Source of the DNA: an uncultured Gammaproteobacteria bacterium
Lineage (GTDB): Bacteria > Patescibacteriota > Microgenomatia > UBA8517
DNA: 64,000 nucleotides
Direction: 5' to 3'
NCBI GenBank assembly: GCA_964494885.1
Contig: CAZBTH010000003.1
Location: 5,983-69,982 of the forward strand
Shown here: positions 10,091 to 19,611 of the stretch, one piece after another
Layout: every line of letters begins with the position of its first letter
Numbering within the stretch: position 1 is the stretch's first letter
Notes under the pieces: generated by a model
What the model was told of the DNA's origin: nothing
Databases searched by the model: none
The model's input: only the letters and a program-made list of their open reading frames with translations
Translations under genes and position numbers: made by a program

Positions 10091-10318
10091 ATGGCACTTG
10101 CAGAATTTAATAAGTATGAGGATCCGGAAGTCCGTGCCTGGGCTATGATTTGGAAAGTAGCGCCTCAAATGGAAAGAGTCCGTCCTTTGACTGAAGGAGA
10201 CCAAGAAACTATCGATGAAATATCAAAACTCAGAACCGAAGGAAAATTGACAGATGCTCAAAAAAAGGTATTAGATACGATTGGGATGAATGTCTCAATC
10301 GACTACGACGGCTTTTAA
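10091..10318 (+). CDS. Hypothetical protein
   Basis: ATG at 10091 directly after a TATAAT (leaderless-type start). Confidence 0.6.
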   Translation: MALAEFNKYEDPEVRAWAMIWKVAPQMERVRPLTEGDQETIDEISKLRTEGKLTDAQKKVLDTIGMNVSIDYDGF

Positions 10319-11106
10319 CATATGCGCGTACCCGTTGTCTTTTTGCCCATTACTGCATTTTTGAGACTATTTTTTTCGTTTCCATTTACAATTGAGGTCG
10401 AAATATCATATTTTTTGGCTAAAGAAAGCGCCTGTTCAACTTTATGGAGCATTCCCCCTGTCACATCTACACTTTTTGCCCCAATAATTGAAGACTTTAA
10501 TTGATTAAAATTTTTATTCGTTATTACCGGAATAATGTTTCCTTTTTCGTCGTGAACTCCATTAACATCAGTGACGTAAATCATGCGAATTTTATAGTCT
10601 CTGACTAATTTCTTAGCAACGATAGAAAGTACTTTTTCTGTGGAAAAAATCGTGCAACCTTGCCCCCTGTCCATTATTACGTCTCCATATATGACAGGGT
10701 GCGACCCTGTCAGCAAAGCTTGTTTGATCGGGTCTAAATATGATTTATTAGATACTTGTGTATCAGAAATAATGAAACTTGCGGGAGAAAACGGAAAAAC
10801 CGGGAGATTTCCTTTGATGAAAATCTTTACTAAAATGTCATTTAGAGTTCTCGCCGCGTCTTCTACTATCGTCATTCCCATCAAACTCTTAGAATTGATA
10901 AGTCCTTTTTTTGTTTGATATTTTTTGGCGGGAGTATGTGCAAAAGACCCGGCGCCATGACCGATAACAATCGCGCAGGGAAACACTTTTAGTGCCGCTT
11001 TTATTTCCCCGCCTAATCTTTTTATATTTGCCGGTCGCGCAGTAAACTCCTTGGACTTATCCGTAATTACGCTCCCTCCAAGTTTTATAAATATTAGTTC
11101 TTTCAT
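10315..11106 (-). CDS. Isopentenyl phosphate kinase (amino-acid kinase fold)
   Basis: KLGGSVITDK, HGAGSFAH and DVTGGM motifs typical of the IPK/FomA subfamily. Confidence 0.88.
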   Translation of the reverse strand: MKELIFIKLGGSVITDKSKEFTARPANIKRLGGEIKAALKVFPCAIVIGHGAGSFAHTPAKKYQTKKGLINSKSLMGMTIVEDAARTLNDILVKIFIKGNLPVFPFSPASFIISDTQVSNKSYLDPIKQALLTGSHPVIYGDVIMDRGQGCTIFSTEKVLSIVAKKLVRDYKIRMIYVTDVNGVHDEKGNIIPVITNKNFNQLKSSIIGAKSVDVTGGMLHKVEQALSLAKKYDISTSIVNGNEKNSLKNAVMGKKTTGTRIC

Positions 11107-11163
11107 CCCGCTATTCTAGCAGATTGGCAACAAGTGTTATACTTTCTATTGGTCTCAAAAAAA

Positions 11164-11721
11164 ATGGCAAGAACCTCACACTTCGACTCGCAAGGCTCGC
11201 TCGGTGCAAGCACTTTTGAGGCAGTTTTTGAAAAACTGGCTGTACCTCTAACCAAATTTGTAATCAAAAGAGTTTCAGGGGACTCTGAAGCGGTAGAAGA
11301 AGTACTCTCTTCCACTATGGTTGCCGCCTGGCGTGGGTGGAATTCGTTCCGTCATAAGTCGAGCTACTTCACCTGGATGTGCAGAATCGCTTTAAATAAA
11401 ATCGCCGATTATTACCACGATCAGGTGAATCGCAACTCAAAAATTGTGGTACCTCTTATAGACGCTTTTAATAATATTGATGATAAATCCCTTTCCCCGG
11501 AAGAATCGATTGCACTAGATGAACTAAGAAGGTCTGTAAACGATTGTTTAAATCTTATCTCCCCCGAAAAAAGACGCTTGTTGCAGTTTAGGTACTGGTA
11601 CGATCTTTCCTACTCCGAGATAAGTAAAATTTTTGGAATTAGCGAACGGGCAGTTGAGGGACAACTTTACCGCGCCCGTCATGAATTTGCGGAGATTTGG
11701 TCACGCGAAGGCAAAGTGTGA
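11164..11721 (+). CDS. ECF-type sigma-70 factor
   Basis: Region 2 (SSYFTWMCRIALN) and region 4 (LSYSEISKIFGISERAVEGQLYRAR). Confidence 0.9.
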   Translation: MARTSHFDSQGSLGASTFEAVFEKLAVPLTKFVIKRVSGDSEAVEEVLSSTMVAAWRGWNSFRHKSSYFTWMCRIALNKIADYYHDQVNRNSKIVVPLIDAFNNIDDKSLSPEESIALDELRRSVNDCLNLISPEKRRLLQFRYWYDLSYSEISKIFGISERAVEGQLYRARHEFAEIWSREGKV

Positions 11722-12281
11722 CCGTTCGGATACCAATCCCTTGTTTGTTTATAAATTGATAGCTCCTGGTGGGTCATTATTTGGACCTCTCCTATGTCCA
11801 GCAGGTTTGAACCCTTCCTTTGAAAAACAAAGTTTATATGCAAAGCGGAATAGATTGGACTCATGTGAGGGTTTGATTTTTCAATATGACCTGCGCGCAC
11901 TTCCGGATTTCTGTAATCTCTAGTGCTGGGTTTTCCCCACGGGAATACATTTGGCGTTAACGGGTATGCAGATTGAATCAAACGGGAAAGAGCCACCCTA
12001 TTTTCCTCTTCGGTAATAAACCTTACCCCATAAATATCTCCTTCCGGCACCACGGAATCTCTCCTTTTGATCTTGTTTTCAATTCTTGACAGCCCTTTTG
12101 CTCTATACCCACTTTCCTCCCAATCAATTTTTACATTATTTAAAACCAGAAAGTAAGAAAAACCAACAAACAATGATTTTGCCATTCTTTCCCGCGTTTC
12201 AACATCCGGAAGACTATTTATTTGCTCATAAACATTCTCAGGCATTCTGACAGCAATATTAAAATCTCTTTCTGTGTTCAT
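11679..12281 (-). CDS. Small alarmone synthetase-like RelA/SpoT nucleotidyltransferase
   Basis: RAKGLSRIENK, DIYGVR, DY, YSALH and EVQIMT correspond to the Syn motifs. Confidence 0.75.
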   Translation of the reverse strand: MNTERDFNIAVRMPENVYEQINSLPDVETRERMAKSLFVGFSYFLVLNNVKIDWEESGYRAKGLSRIENKIKRRDSVVPEGDIYGVRFITEEENRVALSRLIQSAYPLTPNVFPWGKPSTRDYRNPEVRAGHIEKSNPHMSPIYSALHINFVFQRKGSNLLDIGEVQIMTHQELSIYKQTRDWYPNGHTLPSRDQISANS

Positions 12282-12328
12282 AAGGAAGAAAATTTTAACA
12301 CGGACAAACGGACATACAAGACCGTAAT

Positions 12329-13129
12329 TTAAAGGTGCGTCAGTTTATACCAGAAAATTTTGACGGGGAAAATTGGGAAGGCATTAAAGACACGTTTGAA
12401 TCGATCCGGTTCTGTAATAAGTCGATAGAACCACTCCAGACCTGCTTTTTCCATCCATATCGGAGGTAATTTGGAAACACCCGCAATATAGCGAAAAGTT
12501 CCACCTACTGCCATTGCTCCCTTGATTTTAAGTTTTGAAAGATTATTGTGAATCCAAATTTCCTGTTTAGGATTGCCAAATGCCACAAACAAAAGATCTG
12601 GAGCAAATTTGTTTATCTTGTCAATTGCATCTTTCTGTAATCTTTCGTCTACTTCCGTCTCAGGTTGTCCTTTTTGGTTCAATTTTGGTCCCGCTGCAGT
12701 TTCAATTTTTAATTTTGAATTTTTAATTTTTAACTTTGAAGCTGCTTTAGCAGCTTCATCCCCCAATCCACCGAGAAGAAACACTTTCCAATGTCTTTTT
12801 GCCGCCAGTTTGATCAAACCCTCAAAAAGTTTTCTGCCAGGAATGACATTTAAGCTCTTTCCAAAGAGGAATCTTGAAGCATAGGCAAGTCCCACACCAT
12901 CCGGTACTGCATAGTCTGCCGAATTGAGAGCAATCTTAAGCTCTTTGTTCTTCTGAGCCATTAAAACAAGCTCCGGGTTGGGTGTCACAATACTGAATTT
13001 TGTATTACAGGATATATTTTCTTCCACTCCTGTTAGCAATAAGTTAACCGAACTGCTAAGTATATTAATTCCAAGGATTTGTCCGTATTTCCGACCTTTT
13101 TTGTCTTTTTTTACTCTGATTTTGTTCAT
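12329..13129 (-). CDS. WecB/TagA/CpsF family glycosyltransferase
   Basis: TPNPE, PDGVG, AFGNPKQE, VGGTF and GLEW motifs. Confidence 0.93.
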   Translation of the reverse strand: MNKIRVKKDKKGRKYGQILGINILSSSVNLLLTGVEENISCNTKFSIVTPNPELVLMAQKNKELKIALNSADYAVPDGVGLAYASRFLFGKSLNVIPGRKLFEGLIKLAAKRHWKVFLLGGLGDEAAKAASKLKIKNSKLKIETAAGPKLNQKGQPETEVDERLQKDAIDKINKFAPDLLFVAFGNPKQEIWIHNNLSKLKIKGAMAVGGTFRYIAGVSKLPPIWMEKAGLEWFYRLITEPDRFKRVFNAFPIFPVKIFWYKLTHL

Positions 13130-13216
13130 TAACTTTTAACTTTTAGCTCATAGCCTTTAACTTTTTATCCATTAGCCTCATATTTTCCGCAGGTAACTAC
13201 AACCTATATTGTCATT

Positions 13217-13550
13217 TGTATATTGTATATAGTATGTAGTATATAGGAAACGATAGAACTATACTAAGGGATAGTAGTACAAATTACGCATCAACTACAA
13301 ACACACAATATTGAACAAGTTTTTACTTCTTTTTTCAAATACGTATTCTAAAACTTATCCTCAATCGATCCTCAACTCGATTGACATTTTTTGGCTTATA
13401 CTATGAGTATTTATTTTAGAAAGATATTACTTACCAACCCTACTATTTTATTTAAATCAATAAGTGCAAGTCTTAAAGAAATACTAACCCTATAAGTTTA
13501 TCTTGTTCTAGTTTTTCCCCATACCCCATATTCTATATACGATATACTAG
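13217..13550. repeat. Inverted TAGTATA/TATACTA arrays bracketing an intergenic spacer
   Basis: tgtatattgtatatagtatgtagtatatagg (about 13217-13247) and ccatattctatatacgatatactag (about 13526-13550). Confidence 0.65.
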
Positions 13551-13551
13551 T

Positions 13552-14559
13552 TTATCCCCTCGTGCTGACACTTCTTTTCCAAAGCTCAATATTTTCAAGA
13601 ACTAGACCTGTTCCCCTAACAACGCACAAAAGTGATTCGTCGGCCACATGAGCAGGAACTCCGGTTTCTTGTGTCATCAGCTTGTCAAAATTCCTGAGGA
13701 GTGACGTTCCCCCACTCATTACAATCCCTTTATCTATTATATCTGCCGCAAGTTCAGGCGGCGTATCTTCCAGAACCGCTTTTACCCCACCTACGATTTG
13801 CATCAAAACAAGATTTATCGCCTCACCAACCTCAGTTGAAGTTATAATTACACTCCTGGGAAGTCCAAATACCAGATCGCGCCCGGATATTTCAAGTTTT
13901 TCCTCCTTGGCTAAAGGTGTGGCCGAACCAATTTTCAATTTGATTTCCTCGGAAGTCTGATCTCCGATAATCAAGTTATGTTTCTTTTTCAAATAATTCT
14001 GTATGGCCTCATCAATCTTATTTCCGGCAACCCTGACAGATTTGTGAGTAACAACTCCTCCAAGAGAAATTACGGCCGCCTCGGTTGAGCCTCCGCCAAT
14101 ATCTACTATCATATGCCCGGACGGTGCAGATACAGGAATTCCCGCTCCAATTGCGGCTGCCAGCGGCTCATCAATTAAATAGGCATGGGAAGCACCTGCG
14201 GAGAGGGTTGCATCCAAAGCTGCACGGCGTTCCACCTGTGTACAGCCGGCAGGTACACAAACCATCACATTTGGCTTGAAAAACTGGAATTTGCCGACTA
14301 CTTTACCTATAAAATACTTTAGCATTGCCTCGGTTATCTGATAATCCGCTATTACCCCGTCTCTCATAGGACGACTAGCAATAAGCGCCTCCGGAGTTCT
14401 ACCCAACATTTTTTTTGCCTCTTCCCCCACAGCCACTACTTTATTGTCATCGGCAGAAATCGCTACAACTGTGGGCTCATTCACTATCAACCCCTCTCCA
14501 GCCAACCAAACCAGAGTGTTGGCAGTACCTAAATCGATTGCGATGTTTTTACGAGGCAT
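13552..14559 (-). CDS. mreB: Rod shape-determining protein MreB
   Basis: IDLGTAN, RPMRDGVIAD, EPLAAAIGAG and DIGGGSTE motifs. Confidence 0.97.
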   Translation of the reverse strand: MPRKNIAIDLGTANTLVWLAGEGLIVNEPTVVAISADDNKVVAVGEEAKKMLGRTPEALIASRPMRDGVIADYQITEAMLKYFIGKVVGKFQFFKPNVMVCVPAGCTQVERRAALDATLSAGASHAYLIDEPLAAAIGAGIPVSAPSGHMIVDIGGGSTEAAVISLGGVVTHKSVRVAGNKIDEAIQNYLKKKHNLIIGDQTSEEIKLKIGSATPLAKEEKLEISGRDLVFGLPRSVIITSTEVGEAINLVLMQIVGGVKAVLEDTPPELAADIIDKGIVMSGGTSLLRNFDKLMTQETGVPAHVADESLLCVVRGTGLVLENIELWKRSVSTRG

Positions 14560-14567
14560 AATATTAA

Positions 14568-14616
14568 TTCAAAAATCAAAATTAAAAAATCAAAATTTTG
14601 ACTTCTTACTTTTGAA
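14568..14616. repeat. Inverted AAAAT(C/T)A heptamer arrays
   Basis: ttcaaaaatcaaaattaaaaaatcaaaa ttttgacttcttacttttgaa. Confidence 0.7.
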
Positions 14617-14679
14617 TTGTATCAAGGGCATTATATCAGAATTCAGAGATATCATTGGGAGTCTGATATAATATGAGCC

Positions 14680-15873
14680 ATGACTAAAGTCCGTATTTAT
14701 GTATTTTTGTCTACACTTTTAATAGTCGGTGTTTTTGGTGTTTTTGTTTCATTCTATGCAAGAGGATATCGTCTAAATCTCAAAACGTTTAAATTTGAAC
14801 CCAACGGGATTCTGGTGATAAAATCTGAACCTGATGGTGCCTCGGTTTATGTAAACAAAGAGCTGAAGGGTGCAACAAACACCTCCCTTTCCCTAGCACC
14901 AGGCAATTATGACGTTGAGGTCAAAAAAGACGGTTTTTTCCCCTGGTCCAAAAGACTCTCAATAGATAAGGAGATTGTGACAAACGTGTCTATTTCACTT
15001 TTTAAAAATGTCCCGTCGCTCTCCCCAATCACTTTTTCGGGAGCGATTAACCCGGCAGTGTCTCAAGACGGCACAAAAATGGCATTTTTGGTTCCAACTT
15101 CAAAAGATCCGGGAAACGACAAGGAAGGCTTGTGGAGTTTAGATACCTTTAATTTCCCGTTGGGGTTTTCCGGCGACCCTAAAATGATAACCGACGGCGA
15201 TCTTACGGGCTCAACGTATGTATTTTCACCCGACGCAAGACAAATCTTGCTAACTACATCTAACGGTATCTTTCTACTCGATTCCGGATCTTTTATTTCC
15301 CAGTCCCAAAGAATAAATATTGCCTCACGGGTGCCATCAATACTTGCTCAATGGGAAAACGAAAAGAAAATCAAAAATGAGAGTTTGGTTAGAAATTTAC
15401 CTCCGGACGTTGCTGACATTTTAACCAGAAAAAGTAAGACTTTTACTTTCTCCCCTGACGAAACGATGATCCTCTATACCGCAAGTTCTTCCGGAACATT
15501 GCCTGAAGACCTTATCAGCCAACTTCCCGGCTCATCTACTCAAAAACAAGAAAGAAATGTTAATGCGGGCTCAAGTTACGTTTATGATATCAAAGAAGAC
15601 AGAAATTTCCTGATTACCAATAACGAGGTTGTCGTAGGAGACACACCAAATTATTCTTTGCGTTGGATGCCTTCAAGCAAACATATTCTGCTTGCCCAAC
15701 CAGATCAAGTGATTATTATGGATTACGATGGTACAAATAGACAGGTTGTCTATTCCGGAAGTTACTTTGCGCCCTTTGCCTTTCCGTACAGGAATTCGAC
15801 AAAGCTTTTGATTCTAACAAACCTCGGGGCAATATCCCTAGTCCCCAACCTTTACACCCTAACGATTAAGTAA
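14680..15873 (+). CDS. Membrane-anchored PEGA-domain protein with propeller-like C-terminus
   Basis: N-terminal TM, SEPDGASVYVN...LAPGNYDVEVKKDGF, and FSPD repeats. Confidence 0.88.
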   Translation: MTKVRIYVFLSTLLIVGVFGVFVSFYARGYRLNLKTFKFEPNGILVIKSEPDGASVYVNKELKGATNTSLSLAPGNYDVEVKKDGFFPWSKRLSIDKEIVTNVSISLFKNVPSLSPITFSGAINPAVSQDGTKMAFLVPTSKDPGNDKEGLWSLDTFNFPLGFSGDPKMITDGDLTGSTYVFSPDARQILLTTSNGIFLLDSGSFISQSQRINIASRVPSILAQWENEKKIKNESLVRNLPPDVADILTRKSKTFTFSPDETMILYTASSSGTLPEDLISQLPGSSTQKQERNVNAGSSYVYDIKEDRNFLITNNEVVVGDTPNYSLRWMPSSKHILLAQPDQVIIMDYDGTNRQVVYSGSYFAPFAFPYRNSTKLLILTNLGAISLVPNLYTLTIK

Positions 15874-15880
15874 ACTTTTG

Positions 15881-15952
15881 TGCCCTCAGAGGGAATTGAA
15901 CCTCCATCTTACCCTTAGGACGGGTCTGCTCTATCCGTTGAGCTATGAGGGC
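15881..15952 (-). tRNA. tRNA-Arg(CCT)
   Basis: Cloverleaf GCCCTCA...TGAGGGC, anticodon loop GTCCTAA, T-loop TTCAATT; CCA not encoded. Confidence 0.88.
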
Positions 15953-15961
15953 ATATTTACC

Positions 15962-16036
15962 TGGTCGGGGTGCTGGGAATTGAACCCAGTGTCTTTACGT
16001 CCCGAACGTAACGTGATACCGATTCACTACACCCCG
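15962..16036 (-). tRNA. tRNA-Pro(CGG)
   Basis: CGGGGTG...CACCCCG ACCA, anticodon arm TTACG-TTCGGGA-CGTAA. Confidence 0.93.
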
Positions 16037-16131
16037 AGTCATACGAGGGGTGCCAAGCTCTGCTTACACCCACATTAGGCTGATTATAACAGGAAAGTGG
16101 GTGTTCATACTATGTGATAATATTATTTTAT

Positions 16132-16671
16132 ATGCCTTCTTCCCGCCCGGGATATGAATATCTTTCTGCTTATACACTTGGAAAAGTTATTCAGGATTTA
16201 ACCGTAGAATTTTGCAACCGCTACATAGATTGCAAGAGCAGAACCCACGACCAAATGGTGCAAGCGGCACGTTCCAATTGTCAAAATGTGGCAGAAGGCT
16301 TCAGTAACCCGTCACTAAAAGGTTATATTAAACTCGTAGGTATTGCTTACGGTTCAAATGAAGAACTAACTAAAGACTACCAGGATTTTTTAAGGCAACA
16401 CAATTTACCAATTTGGGAGAAAAATGACGAAAAAGTTAGGGTTTTTAGGGAATTTAGGGCAGTTTGGACTTCCCCAACCTCTCTAAATACCCCAACACCC
16501 CCAAACACCCCAACTGAGTTTGCCAATATGTTGCTTACTTTTTGCAACATGGAAGGCTTTTTACTTAAAAAGTTGGTTGCTTCACTTTTGGAAAAACACG
16601 AAAAAGAGGGTGGCTTAACAGAGGAACTATACAGAAAAAGAGTTGAATATCGCAAAAGCCACTCCATTTAG
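16132..16671 (+). CDS. Four-helix bundle protein with suffix domain (TIGR04258-type), gene C
   Basis: RTHDQMVQAARSNCQNVAEG...EELTKDYQDFLRQ...EKEGGLTEELYRKR; internal 9-nt repeat hairpin at 16434-16515. Confidence 0.9.
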   Translation: MPSSRPGYEYLSAYTLGKVIQDLTVEFCNRYIDCKSRTHDQMVQAARSNCQNVAEGFSNPSLKGYIKLVGIAYGSNEELTKDYQDFLRQHNLPIWEKNDEKVRVFREFRAVWTSPTSLNTPTPPNTPTEFANMLLTFCNMEGFLLKKLVASLLEKHEKEGGLTEELYRKRVEYRKSHSI

Positions 16672-16686
16672 TGTAAAATCCATAAA

Positions 16687-17685
16687 ATGCTAGCCAAACT
16701 TAAACAAAAAATTATCGATAAGACTTCCGGTAAACGCAAAAACGAGACTTCTCCCGAGATCTTCGACGAGTTTAAGTTAAAAACCGGCAAAAAGAATCAG
16801 CTTTTTACTTTTTTTAAACCCGAAGTGTTTTTGAAAAAGACTCCGGATCAGATCGAAAAAATATTAGACTTGGTATTTAAAAAACTTGAGGAATATGAAG
16901 TCAGCGTTGACGGAGCCGCCCTTTTCCCGGGAGCAGCTATCGGCAAATACACAATAATGGATAAGCACTACGGCGTAATTAATACCCTATCTAAAAATGC
17001 CTCCAAAATTCTTAGCAAAGACGAACGTAATTTGGTCTTAAAGACTCTCGGTATAACAAACCCAAATACAAAGATATTGGGCGGGCACGAAGCATATGAA
17101 ATTTCTGGCTTCGGCAGAACTTACGATTTCGATACTTATTGGTTGGAGGCCCCCTCAACAAAAATTAAAAGTGGGTTCTATGTTAGAAAAATGAAAATTG
17201 GAGACAGCGAAACTGTTGTTGTAAACGGATTCCATCCCCATCAACTCGCCCACTACACCGAACCGGACAGATTTGTGGGAACGATGTTAGTCTCTTCTGA
17301 CCGTGACTGGTCGGTACTCAGAACCGAGATGCTGGGCGAAACCTTTCCGGATAAGGCGGTACCGGGTTCGATTCGCGGAATGCTATACAAAGATGCAAAA
17401 ACATACGGGTTTGAAACAGTAACCATCGCCAATAATGCCCTACATCTCTCAGCAGGCCCAACTGAAGCGTTATTCGAAATCGACAACTTTCTGAACAAGC
17501 CGTTTGGAATTGACTTCATAAAAGAAGAGGCAAACTTAAGTAAAAAATTAATGGATAAAGGTATAAAAGAAGAAGATATAAGGAGTATTATCAATGACAA
17601 AGAGGTTCATTCTCTTTTGGAACACAAGAATACCAGTGAAGCAATCGAATTGATTGAGTCAAAACTGATGCAGAAAGATATATAA
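16687..17685 (+). CDS. Divergent nucleoside-diphosphate-kinase-like protein
   Basis: FFKPE near the N-terminus, PGSIRG, and NALHLSAGP resembling the NDK active-site histidine. Confidence 0.6.
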   Translation: MLAKLKQKIIDKTSGKRKNETSPEIFDEFKLKTGKKNQLFTFFKPEVFLKKTPDQIEKILDLVFKKLEEYEVSVDGAALFPGAAIGKYTIMDKHYGVINTLSKNASKILSKDERNLVLKTLGITNPNTKILGGHEAYEISGFGRTYDFDTYWLEAPSTKIKSGFYVRKMKIGDSETVVVNGFHPHQLAHYTEPDRFVGTMLVSSDRDWSVLRTEMLGETFPDKAVPGSIRGMLYKDAKTYGFETVTIANNALHLSAGPTEALFEIDNFLNKPFGIDFIKEEANLSKKLMDKGIKEEDIRSIINDKEVHSLLEHKNTSEAIELIESKLMQKDI

Positions 17686-17722
17686 ATACTTATTCTGTTT
17701 GTTAACGAATAACCTCTTCAAA

Positions 17723-19009
17723 CTATATCAAGAGCTTTTTATACTTCTCCCCGTCCTTGTATGGCCCTATTATGGCCAAATTCAAGTGATCTTTAACAAA
17801 TATCTTTTTAGCTTCGTTTACGACTTCTTCTTTTGTCACTTTACCGATTCTCTTGTAAAGTTCGTCCGGAGTTAAAACCTCTTTCAAAAACATCACCTGT
17901 TCTGCAAAAAAGTCGCCTGCTGCTTGAGTATCTTCCAAGGAAAGCGCAATATGGCCCTTAAGATATTCTTTTGTTTTTTCCAACTCCTTGGGGGAAATCG
18001 GAAACTTGCCGTCCGCCAGACCGTAGAGTTGATCCAGAATAACTTTAATTGCTTCTTCGCTCTTGCCCGTATCCACACCTGCATAAAACCCTGTATATCC
18101 TACTTCGTTAAATTTATCTCCTGCCGGTTTAACAGCGTATGCCAATCCACGACGTTCCCTGACTTCTATAAACAACCTTGAACTCATAGGCCCTGCCAGT
18201 ATTGTGGAAAGTACACTTTGGGCAAATCGTCCCGAATACCCCCTGCCCTCGCTTAAAAAACCAAGGATTATATGAGCCTGTTCAACCTTTTTGATTTTAA
18301 GTTTAAATTTAGGACTTTTTTGTTCCGCTTTAAAGGTCTGACCTTTAAAGTCACTTATAGTTTTTCCACCTAGTGGGTGGAGAGAAGTAAAATATTTATT
18401 TACTAATTCAAGGGCTTCTTTTTCTGTAATACCGCCAGAAACTGAAACAAACATATTTTCGGGATAGTAATGTCGTCCTCTGTAAAGTTCGAAGTCGCTT
18501 TTAGTTATTCGTTTTACGCTCTTTGCTTCCCCACCTATATCCCACCCCAATGAACTACCTTTAAAAATTAGCCCCTCAAAAACATCGTGAATTTTTACCA
18601 TTGGAGTATCCTCGTACATCGCAAGTTCCTGAATAATCGTCCCTTTTTCGCGTTCTATCTCCTCGGGTTTTAGAAGCGGAGAAAGAACCATGTCACTTAA
18701 TACATCCATTGCGGTTTCGACACTACCTGAACGGGATTTTATATAAAAATTTGTCCAATCCTTACTTGTTGCCGCATTAAACTCTCCTCCTATCGAGTCC
18801 ACCGCCTCACTAATTGCCTTAGCGGAAGGTCTTTTTGCACTACCCTTAAAAACCATGTGTTCTAAGAAGTGGCTGATACCGTTGATTCGTTTGTCCTCAA
18901 ATCTTGACCCGGTTTTGACCCACACAGTTACGGTTACCGACTCCAACCCCGGCATGGGGACAGTTACAACAGTCAAACCGCTTTTTAGTTTATGAAGTTT
19001 GTATTCCAT
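17723..19009 (-). CDS. M16 (insulinase/pitrilysin) family zinc peptidase
   Basis: GISHFLEHMVFKG (HXXEH) and SSRLFIEVRERRGLAY; start placed at ATG 19009 because the longer ORF reads through a repeat. Confidence 0.95.
   Translation of the reverse strand: MEYKLHKLKSGLTVVTVPMPGLESVTVTVWVKTGSRFEDKRINGISHFLEHMVFKGSAKRPSAKAISEAVDSIGGEFNAATSKDWTNFYIKSRSGSVETAMDVLSDMVLSPLLKPEEIEREKGTIIQELAMYEDTPMVKIHDVFEGLIFKGSSLGWDIGGEAKSVKRITKSDFELYRGRHYYPENMFVSVSGGITEKEALELVNKYFTSLHPLGGKTISDFKGQTFKAEQKSPKFKLKIKKVEQAHIILGFLSEGRGYSGRFAQSVLSTILAGPMSSRLFIEVRERRGLAYAVKPAGDKFNEVGYTGFYAGVDTGKSEEAIKVILDQLYGLADGKFPISPKELEKTKEYLKGHIALSLEDTQAAGDFFAEQVMFLKEVLTPDELYKRIGKVTKEEVVNEAKKIFVKDHLNLAIIGPYKDGEKYKKLLI
18328..18381. repeat. 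Two palindromes in frame in the M16 peptidase
   Basis: ctttaaaggtctgacctttaaag (REP, encodes FKGQTFK) and tccacctagtgggtgga (encodes LHPLGG). Confidence 0.8.
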
Positions 19010-19014
19010 GAAGC

Positions 19015-19092
19015 TAGTATATAGTATATTGTATGTAGTATGTAGGGGGAGCGAAAACCATGAAACTAGGATATAGTACATTGTATATGGGG
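19015..19092. repeat. TAGTATA heptamer arrays, left arm of four-helix gene B
   Basis: tagtatatagtatattgtatgtagtatgtagg and gatatagtacattgtatatgggg. Confidence 0.85.
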
Positions 19093-19117
19093 AAACATAG
19101 GCACAAGGACAAAAGAC

Positions 19118-19471
19118 ATGATATTAAAATTTACTGATTTAATAGCCTGGAAAGAGGCTCACAAATTAGTCCTTCTTACATACAAAGTATTGGAAACTTT
19201 TCCCAAAAAGGAAATTTTTGCCTTATGTGACCAAATTAGAAGATGTGTAGTCTCGATTGGTGCAAATATTGCAGAAGGATTTTCAAGACGAGGCAAAAAA
19301 GAGAAAACTCAGTTTTATTACATTTCCAAAGGTTCACTAACCGAATTAGAAAATCATTTCATAGTTGCCAGAGATGTTGGCTATATTGACAAAAAGGAAT
19401 TCGAAAAGGTACTTGGGCAAATGGATTTAGTCGGCCGCTTACTTACCGGTCTTATCCGCTCAGTCTCCTAA
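19118..19471 (+). CDS. Four-helix bundle protein B (TIGR02436-type)
   Basis: FTDLIAWKEAH...FPKKEIFALCDQIRR...SIGANIAEGF...ISKGSLTEL. Confidence 0.95.
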   Translation: MILKFTDLIAWKEAHKLVLLTYKVLETFPKKEIFALCDQIRRCVVSIGANIAEGFSRRGKKEKTQFYYISKGSLTELENHFIVARDVGYIDKKEFEKVLGQMDLVGRLLTGLIRSVS

Positions 19472-19488
19472 TCCCGCGCCCTATCTCT

Positions 19489-19608
19489 TCCCCATATACT
19501 ATATACCACATACTAGTTCCTCTAGTTCCAGGCCCCCCTCTTCCCTATATACGATATACTATATACAACATACTACTTTGCCCCAACATACAATATACGA
19601 TATACTAG
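19489..19608. repeat. TATACTA heptamer arrays, inverted right arm of gene B
   Basis: Three blocks, including tatactatataccacatacta and tatatacgatatactatatacaacatacta. Confidence 0.85.
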
Positions 19609-19611
19609 TTT

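Noticed and set aside
13402-13494. 30-codon ORF between inverted arrays as a decayed four-helix gene
   Set aside because: No family motif, SD or correctly spaced promoter.
15878-16078. 66-aa ORF in the track
   Set aside because: It is the antisense reading of two tRNA genes.
19118-19471. 23S rRNA intervening sequence
   Set aside because: No rRNA sequence flanks any of the four-helix genes.
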